From: Mytilus californianus | Taxonomy: Eukaryota | Direction of reading: 5' to 3' | DNA: 64,000 nt | NCBI RefSeq assembly: GCF_021869535.1 | Contig: NW_026262582.1 | Coordinates: forward strand, 73,222,001 to 73,286,000 | In this document: piece after piece, positions 35,962-48,601 of the stretch | Numbering within the stretch: the stretch's first letter is position 1 | Layout: each line of letters begins with the position of its first letter | Made by a program: the position numbers and the translations under genes | The notes under the pieces: generated by a model | What the model was told of the DNA's origin: nothing | Database searches by the model: none | The model's input: only the letters and a program-made list of their open reading frames with translations

Positions 35962-38600
35962 TTTTTTTTTTTTTTAGTTTTTATTTTATTTTTTTTAATT
36001 TATCATATTTTATTGAAATCTGTACATTTGTTAGTTGGAAAACATCAAGTACCGGTACCTTATCCCGGCCTCGTTAACATTAGTAAATAACATATTTATA
36101 CAGCTGTGAGTATTTGTTAGTAATATACATACAATTTTACATACTTTTAAAATTATATGCCAGGTCAGTAAAATCAAATAAGAAGCTTACTACTAAGATT
36201 ATCAAACATATAATTATATAATTTAACAAATGCACAAGTTATGAAAAATATAGAGTTTGCGTTGTTTTAGTAGTAAAATATAAAAATAATGAATAATAAA
36301 CAGAAACAAAAACAAAAACAAATAATTGAAAGAAAAAAAGAGAAAAAAAAGTAATTCAGAAGAATTTTAAAGAAATCAAAAGTTGTTTTGTTTGTTTGTT
36401 TTTTTTTTTATTTGTACAGATGAATTATAGTTTTTTCTCATATAAGCGCCAATAAATCATACGACAATTTTATTTTTACTAATTTATGTACATATACCCA
36501 TTGTAAACAAAAATAACTGATCATTCACTGAATAGAATGGCAAAAGCAGTCCAACTCTTGTCAAAAATATCCATTATTTTAGTATTTTAACAGCAATTAA
36601 TTTTTCAATGCTGAATAAAGACTTTATTTTACTTTGCACTGCTTGGAATGTTAAAGCTTTTTAAAAATATTTGCAGTTGAATAGGTGCATTACAAATAAA
36701 AGTAAAATTAAGCCCATTAATCTTTAATTTTTTTAACAAGTTCTTGATTTAGATTTGGGAATGTAATTATAACGTGATTAAGGACAGGTAAAATCAGAGT
36801 TTTCACAACTGTAATTTTACCTATTACTGTAAGATTTCTTTTTGACCATATCTTAATTAGATTTTTTATCTGCAAAACTCTCTCATTATAATTAATGTTA
36901 ATAATTTTGTCAAGATCAACATCAAAATTAATACCCAATAACTTAAAAGATGTTGTACCCCAAGATAAATTTCTGTTTCGACATAGTATATCACTACAGT
37001 ATTTTATACTCCAATCCAAACTACCTGTGTTTTATAAAAGTTTATATTTAGAAAGTTTTGCATACCAATCTAATTCATTTAAAGTTTTATTTATAGACTG
37101 TTCACTTCAATCTAAAATAAGTGAAGTATCATCTGCAAACTGTGATAACTTATGTTCTATCCTACTCACAGTTATATCAGTAATATTTCTATTCCCCCGT
37201 ATTCGGATTTCTGCAAATAGTATAAAAAAGTAGGGTGACAAGGTGTCCCCTTGTCTACAGCCACGTCCTATTTAAAAAGAAGTCTGAAAGATTTTCCCCT
37301 TGAAAGACTGCAGATGAAATATTATTATAAAATATTTAAACCCAGATATAATAATATATTCACATAAATTGAAAAATTGCAATACTGATACCAGAAAGTC
37401 CAAAGATAGAGATTGAAATGCTTTTTTCAAAATCAATTAAAAGCCATAAAACTAGAATGCTATGTTCTCCTGTATACTGTAAAAGATAATAAATCAATCT
37501 AATGTTATCCCCAATAAAACGTCCATTGATGAAGCCAGTTTGATCTAAATCAACCAGTTTGTCTAGAACTTCTTAGAAGCTACTAGCAATAACCCCTGAA
37601 CCAATTTTGTATACAATATTCAGCAAGGAGATATGTCTCCAATTTTTGAGTAAATGTCTTGGTTTATTCTCTTTTGATAAGCATGTAATGATACACTGCC
37701 CTTGAGTTACTGATAAGAATACTAAATTCGACCCATAATTTAACAACAAATGATTTTAAATCTTTCCAGAAAAACTTTAAAAAATCTGTTAAAAAACCAT
37801 CTGACCCTGGTGATTTATTATTATTTATTTTCTGCCAACTAAGGCTGGCTTCAGTTATAGTTATCCCCCCTTCTAAATTCAACTGTTCATTCACTGATAA
37901 TTTAATCTTTCATGTCTCTTTATTAATCACCCATTTTACACAAATTGCCACTTTTATCACATTTTTGTATATAAGATTTCATAAAAGTCTTTTGTCTCCT
38001 TTCAAATATCAAATTGGTTTGTAATAATTTGCCCGTCATCCTTTTCTACTTTGAGAATTATTTTGATTCTAGACCACAAAATTACTTTGTAGGTTTCTTC
38101 AATCCACTGAACTCTAGAGCGTATAAATTTCCCCCTAATGTTTTCTTTTCTTATACTTTATAATTCTTGGGTTTTTTTTTTATTTCTAAGCTATGTACTG
38201 AATTTTCTTCTAGTGCAGCTTCTTATATTTCAATATCACATAATTTTTTTTTTCTTTTTTATTCCTTTGTTTTTTCTTGTAGCTTGAATAAGAGATTGAT
38301 TGATTTTGATTTTAACGCCACTTTTAAGCACCGCTTTTGGGCTATTTCGTGGCGGCCAGTTTTTATTGGTGGAGGAAACCGGAGTGCCCAGAGAAAACCA
38401 CCGACCTTAGATAGGGAAACTGACAATCCTAGTCAATTAAGATTGGAGTCGAAAGCACCCGCACGAGCGGGGCTCGAACTCACAACCTCAGTGTTGAATG
38501 GCTAGTGATTACAGTAGTAACTACTTAGACCACTCGTCCACTGAGGCCCCCTAAATAAGAGATTGTTTTACCTCTTATTTCTAACAATAAAGAAACAACT
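35962..38600 (-). mobile_element. 5'-truncated degenerate L1/Tx1-clade LINE (ORF2 EN-linker/RT fragments plus 3' UTR and poly-A)
   Basis: Minus-strand IRGKTISYSSYKKKQR, NNKSPGSDGF..DFLKFFWKDL, RGCRQGD.LSPY.FIL, FKLLGI.F, WSKRNLTVIGKITVVKTLILP; many frameshifts; T-rich tail at about 35962-36000. Confidence 0.88.
38299..38553 (-). mobile_element. tRNA-derived SINE inserted in the LINE ORF2, with 12-bp TSD
   Basis: rc head ggggcctcagTGGACGAGTGGtct (A box) and gAGTTCGAGCCC (B box), core ggtcggtggttttctctgggcactccggtttcctccacc, (aatc)n tail; TSD AATAAGAGATTG at 38287-38298 and 38554-38565. Confidence 0.88.
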
Positions 38601-39934
38601 GACTATCTATAGTAAAATGAAAAATTATTACTTGATTTTTTTTATATCACACATTAACAACAATTATTGATAAGCTCTTACATGTTTTTTTTTTTTTTTT
38701 TTTTTTTGGATTTTCTATTATTTTCGCCTCACTGAAGATAACATTTATTTTTTTACAATCACTGAGGAGACGTTTATTGTCCAAATGCACAAATTGTTGC
38801 TGATTATGTTATTAATCGAAACAAAGTGATATTTTCTTAAAAAAAATATCATAAAATACAAATTTGCTTGATCTATATATCACACAAGGAGTTATCGTCA
38901 GCAAATGTTTCACCAACAATTACACTTTCAAATTGTCTTTGAGCTTTTTTGTAACATTTCAAATATCAAAATCTTTTTGTGCGCATAGTTTTTTTTCTAT
39001 CTTGTGATCGTGACATTTTGCAACTTTACGTATACAGGCTTGTAGTTTAAATCTCCGTATGTGTGTCACATTAAAGTGTAAATAAAAATTAACTGGATAT
39101 TTTGGCTTTGAACAACAAGATATTACATATATCACATTACCTATGAAACAATCTAATATATATCGCTTTATCTTTACAATTGTTATTCTTATCATTTTTA
39201 CAAATTCTGCTACATTTATCATTAAGTTAAAAGATTACAGCAATTAAAACATTGAAGGAAATGTTAGAATAACTGTTTTAAGAATCAAAGTATTGAAATA
39301 TAATATATGAAAGCGAATTTTGATTTTACATTTCTCTTAGAATAACAGGAAGGAATGAATTCAAAATATAAAATTCCATACCTTGGACAAAAAGTCCTCT
39401 CCGTGTTAGCTTACCAAACGGCACACAAATTTGTCCCTGTGTAACGGTTTAACCTTCGCCTTTTATTTCAATACGCCAAACTACATTTCTGGGTGTAATC
39501 ACGATTTGCTAAATCTGGATCTGCACCAGACACCGAATTTATTCTGTTGACAAGATGCATTTGCCCAGAAGCTAAACGCCGACATTCTCATTTGTTTCTA
39601 TTGTAAACGGCACTGGGGCATATGAGGGATAAAGCCAGTATGAAATTGCTAAAAATGGTGCCAAGATGTGTTTATTTTCAGATGTATATGCCAAAGATTT
39701 CCTTATTTTCAATTTACAATGTTCAGAAGAAAAGATGATATTTATGAACCATAAAAAAAAAACAGTATATGTATTACATTTTCATAATATATACAATGTA
39801 AAACAAATCTGAAAGATGACTTAGTCCTTGAACATCATTGTCGAGGGAATTTTTGAAATATATACTTTTTAGAGAGATAAATTATACTATGTAAAATAAA
39901 ACATTCTGATTCAAACAAAATTTTTTTCTGAAAT

Positions 39935-40325
39935 TGACATTATGTCGATGCATGATTTCTTCATTGACAACATTTTTGTTACGTTTGTAGACTTGTTTTT
40001 CAACAAACAATCGGCAATTGTGTTTTTTTAGTCATATGAGTCAGACATCATACAGGAGCTTATAAGGAAGAATGAAAACAAGCTAGCATTATCTTTTAAC
40101 TGCATATTCCGCTATAAAGAACTTCTCAATTTTGAATTTTCCATTGCTATGTAGCAACATTAATTAGCACCTTCAAATTGAGTATATATCTCCCAATTGA
40201 TTCTATATTCTAGAGTTTTCCTATGATGATTTCTTTGATAGAGGATTGCTGCTTAAAAGGACGCTATTAAACCAAGAGTTCCAGTTGTTTTAATTGAAGT
40301 TATCTCTTCAAAAGTTTTACGGAAT
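39935..40325 (+). mobile_element. Degenerate Penelope-like RT fragment (paralog of 10495-11040)
   Basis: gatttcttcattgacaacatt..gagtcagac.tcatacaggagctt.taaggaagaatgaaaa..ttccgctata..tttccattgctatgtagcaaca..ctattaaaccaagagttcca. Confidence 0.75.
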
Positions 40326-40427
40326 CCATTACAATGTTCAAATCTCATAAATCGATTAAGAGGAAACACATCAAGATAACAAATAAAGTCTGCGGAAATC
40401 GCATGAGCTCCGTAAGAAGGAGATCGA

Positions 40428-40494
40428 ATGCGTCGACAGGGTATGCGACGACATGGTATGCGTCGACAGGGTATGCGTCGACAGGGTATGCGAC
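40428..40494. repeat. 15-bp tandem repeat (atgcgtcgacagggt), 4.5 copies
   Basis: Direct units at 40428, 40443, 40458, 40473 and 40488; single-copy at related sites near 11140 and 45937. Confidence 0.95.
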
Positions 40495-42918
40495 TCCTGC
40501 TATGGATGCATTACCCGTCACACTAATCCACACTTAGAATATTACTTCATGAGAACCACTAACCTTCCGGAGGAAAACTGCGCATTCTTATAAATTATTA
40601 TCGGCGTCAAACGCACATTGCAAGGAGCTGGGTTTGAACTCACAACATCATCGTTTACAGGCTAGTGATCACTGTAGTAGAACTGCTTATTGTGTCTAGA
40701 TTCCAAAGGTATCTTATTTTGTTTTATATTATTTGCACCGAAAATTACTGATGATAAAATAAATGTATTAAAAGTTGAGAGTACTTAAACAGCTTTAATT
40801 TTTGTTTCCAAGATACCGTTTTAGCCTTTTTTTCTTTGATTTTGTAAATTTTTACAAGTCAAAACCTTTATATATAAGCAGTATATCGATGATCAAACAG
40901 AATTAAATAAAAATATGTTAAAACTGTTAATGCTGTACAGAAAAAACATTTGTTTAAATGTGAATATGCTGCTAATTTATAGATATCAATGAAAAAATAT
41001 GTTTCTTGTCATTTTAAAAACTAAAAAATGATTTGAGCATGTTTTTGTTCATAATTTTATTACATATAGTTTAAAAAGCCATTTTTGTTAATCTTATATT
41101 GTATTTTTTCATAGTTTTTGAGTGAAAAAAAGGTGTCAATGTTAAATCATGAAAGTATTATATTGGCAGGAACTCCAATATACCGACTTCAAACGTTTAT
41201 AGTGCGATGCCGCAAAATCGTTAAGTTTCTGTCAATTAACTCGACATGGCATATAGATGCATGGGTTCAATCAAATTTTTGGAACATCGTGATTGATCGT
41301 ATTTACGGAACATACCGAAATAACCGTATGTGTACTTAATTGTTAAGGAAGTGACATTTAACGACCATGTCACTAAATGATAAATATGTCAGTTTTGACG
41401 AGTTTTGCTGCGTTAAAATAAATAAAAAGAAATAAACAAAAATCCTTCGACTGTTTTAAAAAAAAAACTGAAGAGTGAAAATACTCTCAAGCCATGAACA
41501 TTTAAGTTTTAGTTACAATAAATTCAAATGATAGTAAGGTTTTTATTCAAGAGAGGGCTGTTGGCTATGCATGCATAACTGTTACAATATACATGCTAGG
41601 CTCGAAAATCATAAAAAAAGGGCTTTGATCGGGAAAAAAATATGATATTTTGGCATAATGAAATAACGCATGGGCAATCATATCACTATCTCCTTCTTTT
41701 AAAATTAGCTTGAATAACAATAAATTCCTTGCGTAAAGAAAAAAAACAGTTGTAATCTGCATCTGAGTTTTAATGCTAAAATTTGACAAATATTTTGATT
41801 AATTGTTTATTGAAAGTCAAATGACAAATATTTCTGCAATTCAACAAGAGACAAGTCATTCCTAAAAAAAATTCTGTCAGGCGTCAGATCGAGCAATCCC
41901 GGACTAGGTTGAAGGTTGAAAGTTGTTTTTTAACTTTTGAATTATTATAAAAGGTGTAACAATTCATCTGTCTCGTCATCTGATACATGCTATGTAGAGG
42001 TCATTACGTGCTTGTAATTATTAAACTTTTTTAGTCTTTAAAACATATGTGATAAATACGTTAATAACATTTTTCTACACTGAGACGATAGAGAAAACCA
42101 TTAATATTCTTGTAAAAATTAAATCACAAAAATACTGAACTCCGAGGAAAATTCAAAACGGAAAGTCCCCAATCAAATGGCAAAATCAAAAGCACAAACA
42201 CATCAAACGAATGGACAACAACTGTCATATTCCTGACTTGGTACAGGCATTTTCTTATGTAGAAAATGGTGGATTGAACCTGAAAATGGTGGATTGTAAC
42301 AATCGATAAAAATTTACAACCTTTAACGTAAATTTCAGCGATCCTTCGCCATCTTACACACTACATGCGCATCACTTTATTTTCCGCAAACACCCAACTT
42401 CAGGTACATGTTATTTTTAATATCGGATATTTCCCGATTTCCAAGTTCCAATGATTAAAACATATTAAACAATACAAAAAATACTCTTGCCCTCTTTCCG
42501 AATGCAGTTAATTTTCTTATGTCATTCTGTTAAATATGGACCGATTTTTCAGATGTTTTCAGCTTTTGCCTTCATTTATTAAACGGAAACAGTTGTAGTT
42601 ATTCATGTGGCGATTCACAAATAAACACGGGAGTACGTTTTATTCGCTCGTGTTCCCTTTATCATGCTTCTCAGTTGACCACATTTGTTTACAGTAATCT
42701 ATTCTGTCGTACATTCTTATTTTGCGTTCTTATCTCTAATATTGCTTAAATCCTAAATATGACTTCTACATCAGACTCAAAATCTCATTCATTTCATTAC
42801 ATCTCAAAACAACAAATAAGTGTAACTAAGTTTTAGTCGCTCATCCGTTGCGTACATTCTTGTGATGATTTTGTAGCTTCGTTAACAATTTAGGTTCACT
42901 GCGGCCTTTAAACTTGTC

Positions 42919-43346
42919 CACAAGTAAACCAATCTTGATCTGAAATTGTCATTTTGATCTGAACAGTTCTTATACGATTTAACAATATCTCAAAATGTAT
43001 CAATGTTTAGTTTTTCGGTAAATTTTCAAACTTGTCTACTGCGGAAAATTCAGTACTGTGCAAATAATTCGCTTGCAGTCAATAAAGATTTGTTCAGACA
43101 ATGTTCATGCTGTTCAGTAGTTGGTATTTACCTGTACAAACAACAGCAAACTCAGTTTTCTTAAAAACCTACTGAACCGTCCTGGATTGACTGCGAGCAA
43201 AATATCTAAACAGTACTGAATTTACAACAAAAAATATCTTAAAAGTTTCTTAAACTCTTGTCAAGATATAACGTTTTTATGTTTAGACTTTTTAGATACT
43301 GTTAAGATCAAAATGACTGTTTCAAGCTTAAATTCATTTACTAGTG
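42919..43346. mobile_element. Non-autonomous TIR element (CACTA/CMC-like ends)
   Basis: CACAAGTAAACC...TTTACTAGTG; paralogous position to 13665-13985. Confidence 0.62.
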
Positions 43347-43844
43347 TTGTAATATTTATCATTGTCAAGGCATTACTCGCTTAAACTTATATATGCTATC
43401 GTTTAGCAAAATTCGCCAATGATGTCGGTCTACAACGATTACATGTTGTTTTTGGTTTCCTTAATTAATAGAACAATGTACGCCTGTGCATTCATAGGGT
43501 TAATCCAGGTTTATTTGAATATTTGTTGGGTTTTCACATGAGTTTTTGTCGGACCGACACAAATTCCACTTCTTGATCAAAAGTAAATTATCGCGAAAAA
43601 TAATTGTAACGTCAAGATTTGCACCAAAATAGCTTTCATTCGTATTCATATGAAAGTGTACTATATTGAAAACATATTGTCATTTTTTTTTTTTTTTTTG
43701 GAAGCCGTAGAAATTGCTTCTTTAAACTTAATGGCTCTACTCTGATTTAGCATCACATTTCACCAAATGAATATCTCTCGTTGGCATGTGATTCCATCAT
43801 TTAAATGAAATTCAGCAGATATATGTGTAAGACTCACATCTAAT

Positions 43845-44780
43845 CGAAGTTCGTCCCTCAAATCGACGTCCAAATCTGACTTCATAATGAAATAAGATTC
43901 CAAATCGACGGCCAATTCTATGACCCTCTAATTGACGTCTTTCTGGTTTTTTGTCAAATCGACGTCTAATATTTGGCTTCTCTATTTGACGTCCTTTTTA
44001 CAGAGTTGCCGCAATGAAGTCACTACTTTATTTAATTATAACAACTGTCAAGTTCCTGTTTAGTTACAGGCATTTTTCGAATGCAAATGGTTGGTTGAAA
44101 CTTAAACTAAAAATTTGTTAAAACATAAGATTTTAAATCTTGCAGATTCCAAATAATTATACTTTTCAACAATTGACTCTTCTTCTTTATTCTGTCTATT
44201 GTTTGAGACTGTGTATTGTCCTGTTGTTGACGTTCGGATGTATTTGTCGTTGGGTTGTTGTCTCATTGTCATATACCCACATGTCATTTATCTATATGAA
44301 AATGAAAGGAATAAGACAACGTGAGCGAATGGATAAATTACTTTCGCCAAAATACTAACCTGTATGTACATGTGATATGATGTTGGTGGTTGTCTTAATT
44401 ATTACTATTCATTGATATTTGTTCTTAATTAGTATTTAGCCAATTATTTAAGACGAAATTTGGCCTAATTTCTTTTTAAATACACGCCAACTAAGTCATT
44501 ATGATTAGTAAAGTATAAAGATATAGGAAAACAACTAGTTTTTTAAGCAGATTTACACAAAGATAAAACGATACAGGTAATATGAACAACGGTCAAACTC
44601 AGAATACATGATTAAATCTTATTGAACGTCGCGACGTCTTATTTGTTATACATGACGTCATTTTGGACGTCGATTTGAAGGTACAAATATTAGACACTGA
44701 CTTGAGAACGTGACTTAACATTGTACGTCGATTTTAGGAATCGATGTCGATTACAGATCGGACGTCGATCTGATTCGAAC
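43845..44780. mobile_element. Element with inverted GACGTC-rich subterminal arrays (foldback/TIR type)
   Basis: aaatcgacgtc-type motifs clustered at 43845-43995 and gacgtcgatt-type motifs at 44625-44775, in opposite orientation. Confidence 0.55.
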
Positions 44781-44793
44781 ATATTTAAACTTG

Positions 44794-46287
44794 ACTTTTG
44801 CTATTCACATTTTGTTTATACTATGGGAACTTGTATTTGTTCATTGTCATGCCAGTATAGTATAATTTTGTATTTCTTTTTTTTTAAAAAACCTATTGTG
44901 CACAATATTAATCTTCAATGATTGTTTATTGATTAGTTATATTATGGTTTTAAATAATTTTGTGAAAAAAAATCTCTATTTATTCAATTTAAGTATGAAC
45001 GAGAAATTCTTCTATACTTTTTTTATCTCACATCAGTATCAACCCGAGGCATTAATAGAATAAAGGGAAATATGCTCGAGTGATTAAACTTAGTAGTAAG
45101 TAAAAAACTAATTTTTTATGTTGTAAAATCAATGGTAATCTTTCTGTATAAGGTATCCGTACTGAATGATATCAGTCAAGCTTGCATGGTATCAAACCCC
45201 ATAAGAAATAACATTTGCTGTGGGTGTACAAACTCATTATAGTTGAAATTGTGTACGCGTTTCGTCTACAAGAGACTCATCAGTGACGCTTGAATAAAAA
45301 CAATCTAAAGGGCGAAAATAAAGTACCAATTTGAAGAGAATTTAGGAGCCAAAATTCCGAGAGGTTTTGCCAAATAAAGCTTAGGAAATCTATTTCTGGC
45401 ATAGACAATCCTTAGAATTTTGAGAAAATTCAAAGTTTTGTAAACAGTTAATTTATAATTATGACCGCATCAATGATAATTCATGTCAACTCTGAAGTGA
45501 TGACTACAACAATTTCAAGCATCGAATTAACCCTCAACCAATATAATCCCTCGTACAGAACCGTCTGAATTATATTTGTGAATCTGGTTAATAAGGATGT
45601 GATACATGAATCGTAAAAGCCATATGATATATTCTATTTATTATGTACGTTTTTTTTTTTTCTGTTTCGGTTTGATAAAGCTTATGCAATCTTCACTGAT
45701 TTGTATATCGATATGAATCAGCACGTTATGCTTAAAATGTCGACGCACATTGCCTCAATCAACTTGTTCTCTGTCTTTAAGGGCTCTGTATTTTTGTTAT
45801 TACTTTTTTTTTCATAAATTAAGGCGACAGCAGTTTACCAATGTGCAAATCTCGTAGAGCGATTGTAAATAGACAAATCAAGGTAACAAACAAACCCCGA
45901 GGGAATCACATAAAACTTAAAGAGGAACGAGACCGGGTGCGTCGACAGGGTAAGCGTCTCCTAGACATATAACATAAACATCTTCATCTTCTGTGCGTAA
46001 CTTTATATTTTCAGACGGATGCAGTTATCCATTCGGTCGAGTTCGTTCAGGATGCTATCTTCTACAAAAAGATAACATTATTGCCGGTAAAGCTTTTGTA
46101 CGTTATCTTATCCTTCTTTCCGCAGTACTCAACTAGTTAACGATAATAGCCTTTGTTGCGAAATGCTGTTGACATAAGGATTTGGACTTTCAGTCAAAAT
46201 ACGTACGACGTGGTGCATATTTGGCGAACTTTGAAACTCTAAATCAAGCAATGTTGATGAAGTATGAACTCTGAAAAGTAAACATAG
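44794..46287 (+). pseudogene. C-type lectin pseudogene, exons 1-3 (44794-44854, 46015-46097, 46194-46287); exon 4 not found
   Basis: Exon 1 has ACT in place of ATG, then ..LFILWELVFVHCHA|GT. Exon 2 is intact (xGCSYPFGRVRSGCYLLQKDNIIAGKAF). Exon 3 reads SKYVRRGAYLANFETLNQAMLMKYEL-TGA, with donor GT changed to CT and Cys to Tyr. Confidence 0.88.
45255..45288 (-). ncRNA. Hammerhead motif (family 1), 3' stem I deleted
   Basis: rc: cgtca CTGATGA GTC tcttgta GAC GAAA cgcgta cac; core intact but the tctggcg arm is missing; inside a reverse-oriented repeat monomer at 45255-45500. Confidence 0.6.
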
Positions 46288-48537
46288 CTAATGTTAAGGT
46301 GAGGAAAAGGAGTAGAACACTAACAAATTAAGGTTGTGGATTGCAAGTCAGTGAAAAGGGTGATTTAATATCTCTCAAGGCTGACATTCAAACTACATGT
46401 ATCTGCTGAGCCTATTTCGAAAATGTGTTGGAAAACAGCTAACACACATAAGAAAAATCCTGCACAAAGCAGCTACCAACAGGATGACCGCTCATTCTAA
46501 CTACGAAATAAAAACTGGCCCGTGATTTGGAAAGCCGGCTTATATGTTTTAAATACTTAATGAGGCTAGCTAAGGTAAACAAATAACTCATGTTTAATAG
46601 ATTGTGAATTTAAATGTCTGTTGTCAAAATGATGTACCCCTACACTTATAGCGAGACGTGTTAATTGGTTAATTATTTCATAAAAAGGTATCAGTTATTT
46701 AGGATTGTTTTCCAGATGAGGAAATGATTCACAAAGTTTGTATTTAGATATTTATACAATGTCTAGTTGCTGTTAGTTTTCTGCACGTGAACGCTAAACT
46801 GCATACCTAGAGACCAAAACACTTCTAAATTGACAACAAACACAATGCATTAATACTCCGGGTGCGGGAATTTCTCGCTGCATTGAAGACCTGTTGGTGA
46901 CCTTCTGCTGTTGTCTGTTCTATGGTCGGGTTGTTGTCTCTTTGACACATTCCCCATTTCCATTTTTAACTTTATACTACTTTATTCACTATTATAACTT
47001 ATACATCAGAAGGATCACATGAATCTAAAATTGTAAAAAGAAAGGTAAGCCCATAAAAGGGACCTGAACAGAACAGATAAATAGATTATAACAGCAGTTT
47101 ATCGATGTTCAATTTTCGAAAATCCATTTTGAATTACATACTAGTATATAGTAATAAATTTTGATATCATTGGTTATTCGACAACTTTTCACCAGAGTTC
47201 AAGTAACGAAGATAAAAGCAAGTATAGGTCACCATATGGCCTTCACCAAAGAGGAAAATCCGCATCGTATAGTTAGCTATAAAAGTCCCCGACATGTTAA
47301 ATGTGACACAATTTAAACAAGAAAACTAACTGCCTAATTTAAACAATACAATTTACGAAAAACAAATATGACAGACATGAACCAACGACCAATGACAATC
47401 AGCAGTACCATCATATCGTAGGTCAACTACAACGCGTTTTTCATCACGTTACAATGAATTTGCAACAGGTTCCATATGTTCAAATGCATCACAAAACATG
47501 AAAATGAAAAACAATTAAATGGACTCAGACTTAAGTTCGGTTTGTCAAAAGTAGATAATTGATAACTATGTTACTGATTTATACCATTTGAATATGTCTC
47601 ACATGTTTTTTAGCTGTCTTAGATCTTTAGATACCAGAATAATCGTTTGTTCGGAAGGTTTACCGATTGTGTACTTTTCCTGATTGTGACACTTTGACTG
47701 ACTGCAGAAACTACTGTTGCCTTTTTTTTTCAAACAAATATGATCAAATTGAGCATTGAAGGACCTTCACAATAGATAATGAAATAGTCTAATTAATACT
47801 TTGCCTTGGACAATACACTTGCATGTACATCAAGACTGTTGCTTCGAAAGTGTAAAAATATTGATTCTGACGTATAATATACCAAATATGATATGTGTAT
47901 TGAGAGGGATACATATAACGAACGAGAAAAATCAAAACGAATTTGGACCTGCAAATATATGTCAAAACGAACAACATCATCTACCAAAATGCTAAAGAAT
48001 ATTAAAGGCCTGATAAATTTCTTGCATAGGCAGACAGGTACATATAGATAGAATTATCTTACTACAATACTCTAAATGAGTGAGAGAATAAGACAAAATA
48101 ATTTGTTTCAATGTCGGTAAAGGGCTATTTTTATATGCATTTATAAAAACGAAATGATTAATTGTATTGTTATTTAACGGGCCAGTCATTTTTCTTCAGT
48201 ATATTTCTTTTTATCAGTTCATGCTAGTAATCTCGTTACAAGAAAAGAAATCTAACCAAAATATTAGTTCATTCTTTCTTTCTGGTTTCTGCAAAATTTG
48301 TGTGCCATTTTATGAGTTTGAGATTCTATCAATAATCAATAATATAATAAGGTCAGTATATTACTTTTCGTTAGGTACCATTATTATTCAAATGATACAC
48401 TGTAAATGAATTTGCAAGGCATATGAATATTCTATTCTGGTATGTGATTCAATATTTGCATTGTTGCAAAAAGGTCAAAGTACATGATATTAATTTTACG
48501 AAATATGTTTCCATCATTAAAATGACATTTAATCAGG

Positions 48538-48545
48538 TATATAAA
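48538..48545 (+). promoter_or_regulatory. TATA box of C-type lectin copy B
   Basis: caggTATATAAA, same context as 59448. Confidence 0.65.
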
Positions 48546-48601
48546 CACTAAGCACACTGTTAATATCGACATTCATTTTGGAAATATCCACAATTTTATC
48601 C

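Noticed and set aside
38440-38553. tRNA gene
   Set aside because: A/B boxes are part of a SINE head followed by a core, an (aatc)n tail and a TSD; no complete cloverleaf or acceptor stem.
22880-43510. Block II as an uncollapsed allelic haplotype of block I
   Set aside because: Aligned segments show many substitutions and indels plus different TE loads, more consistent with an old duplication; not formally excluded without reads, given high bivalve heterozygosity.
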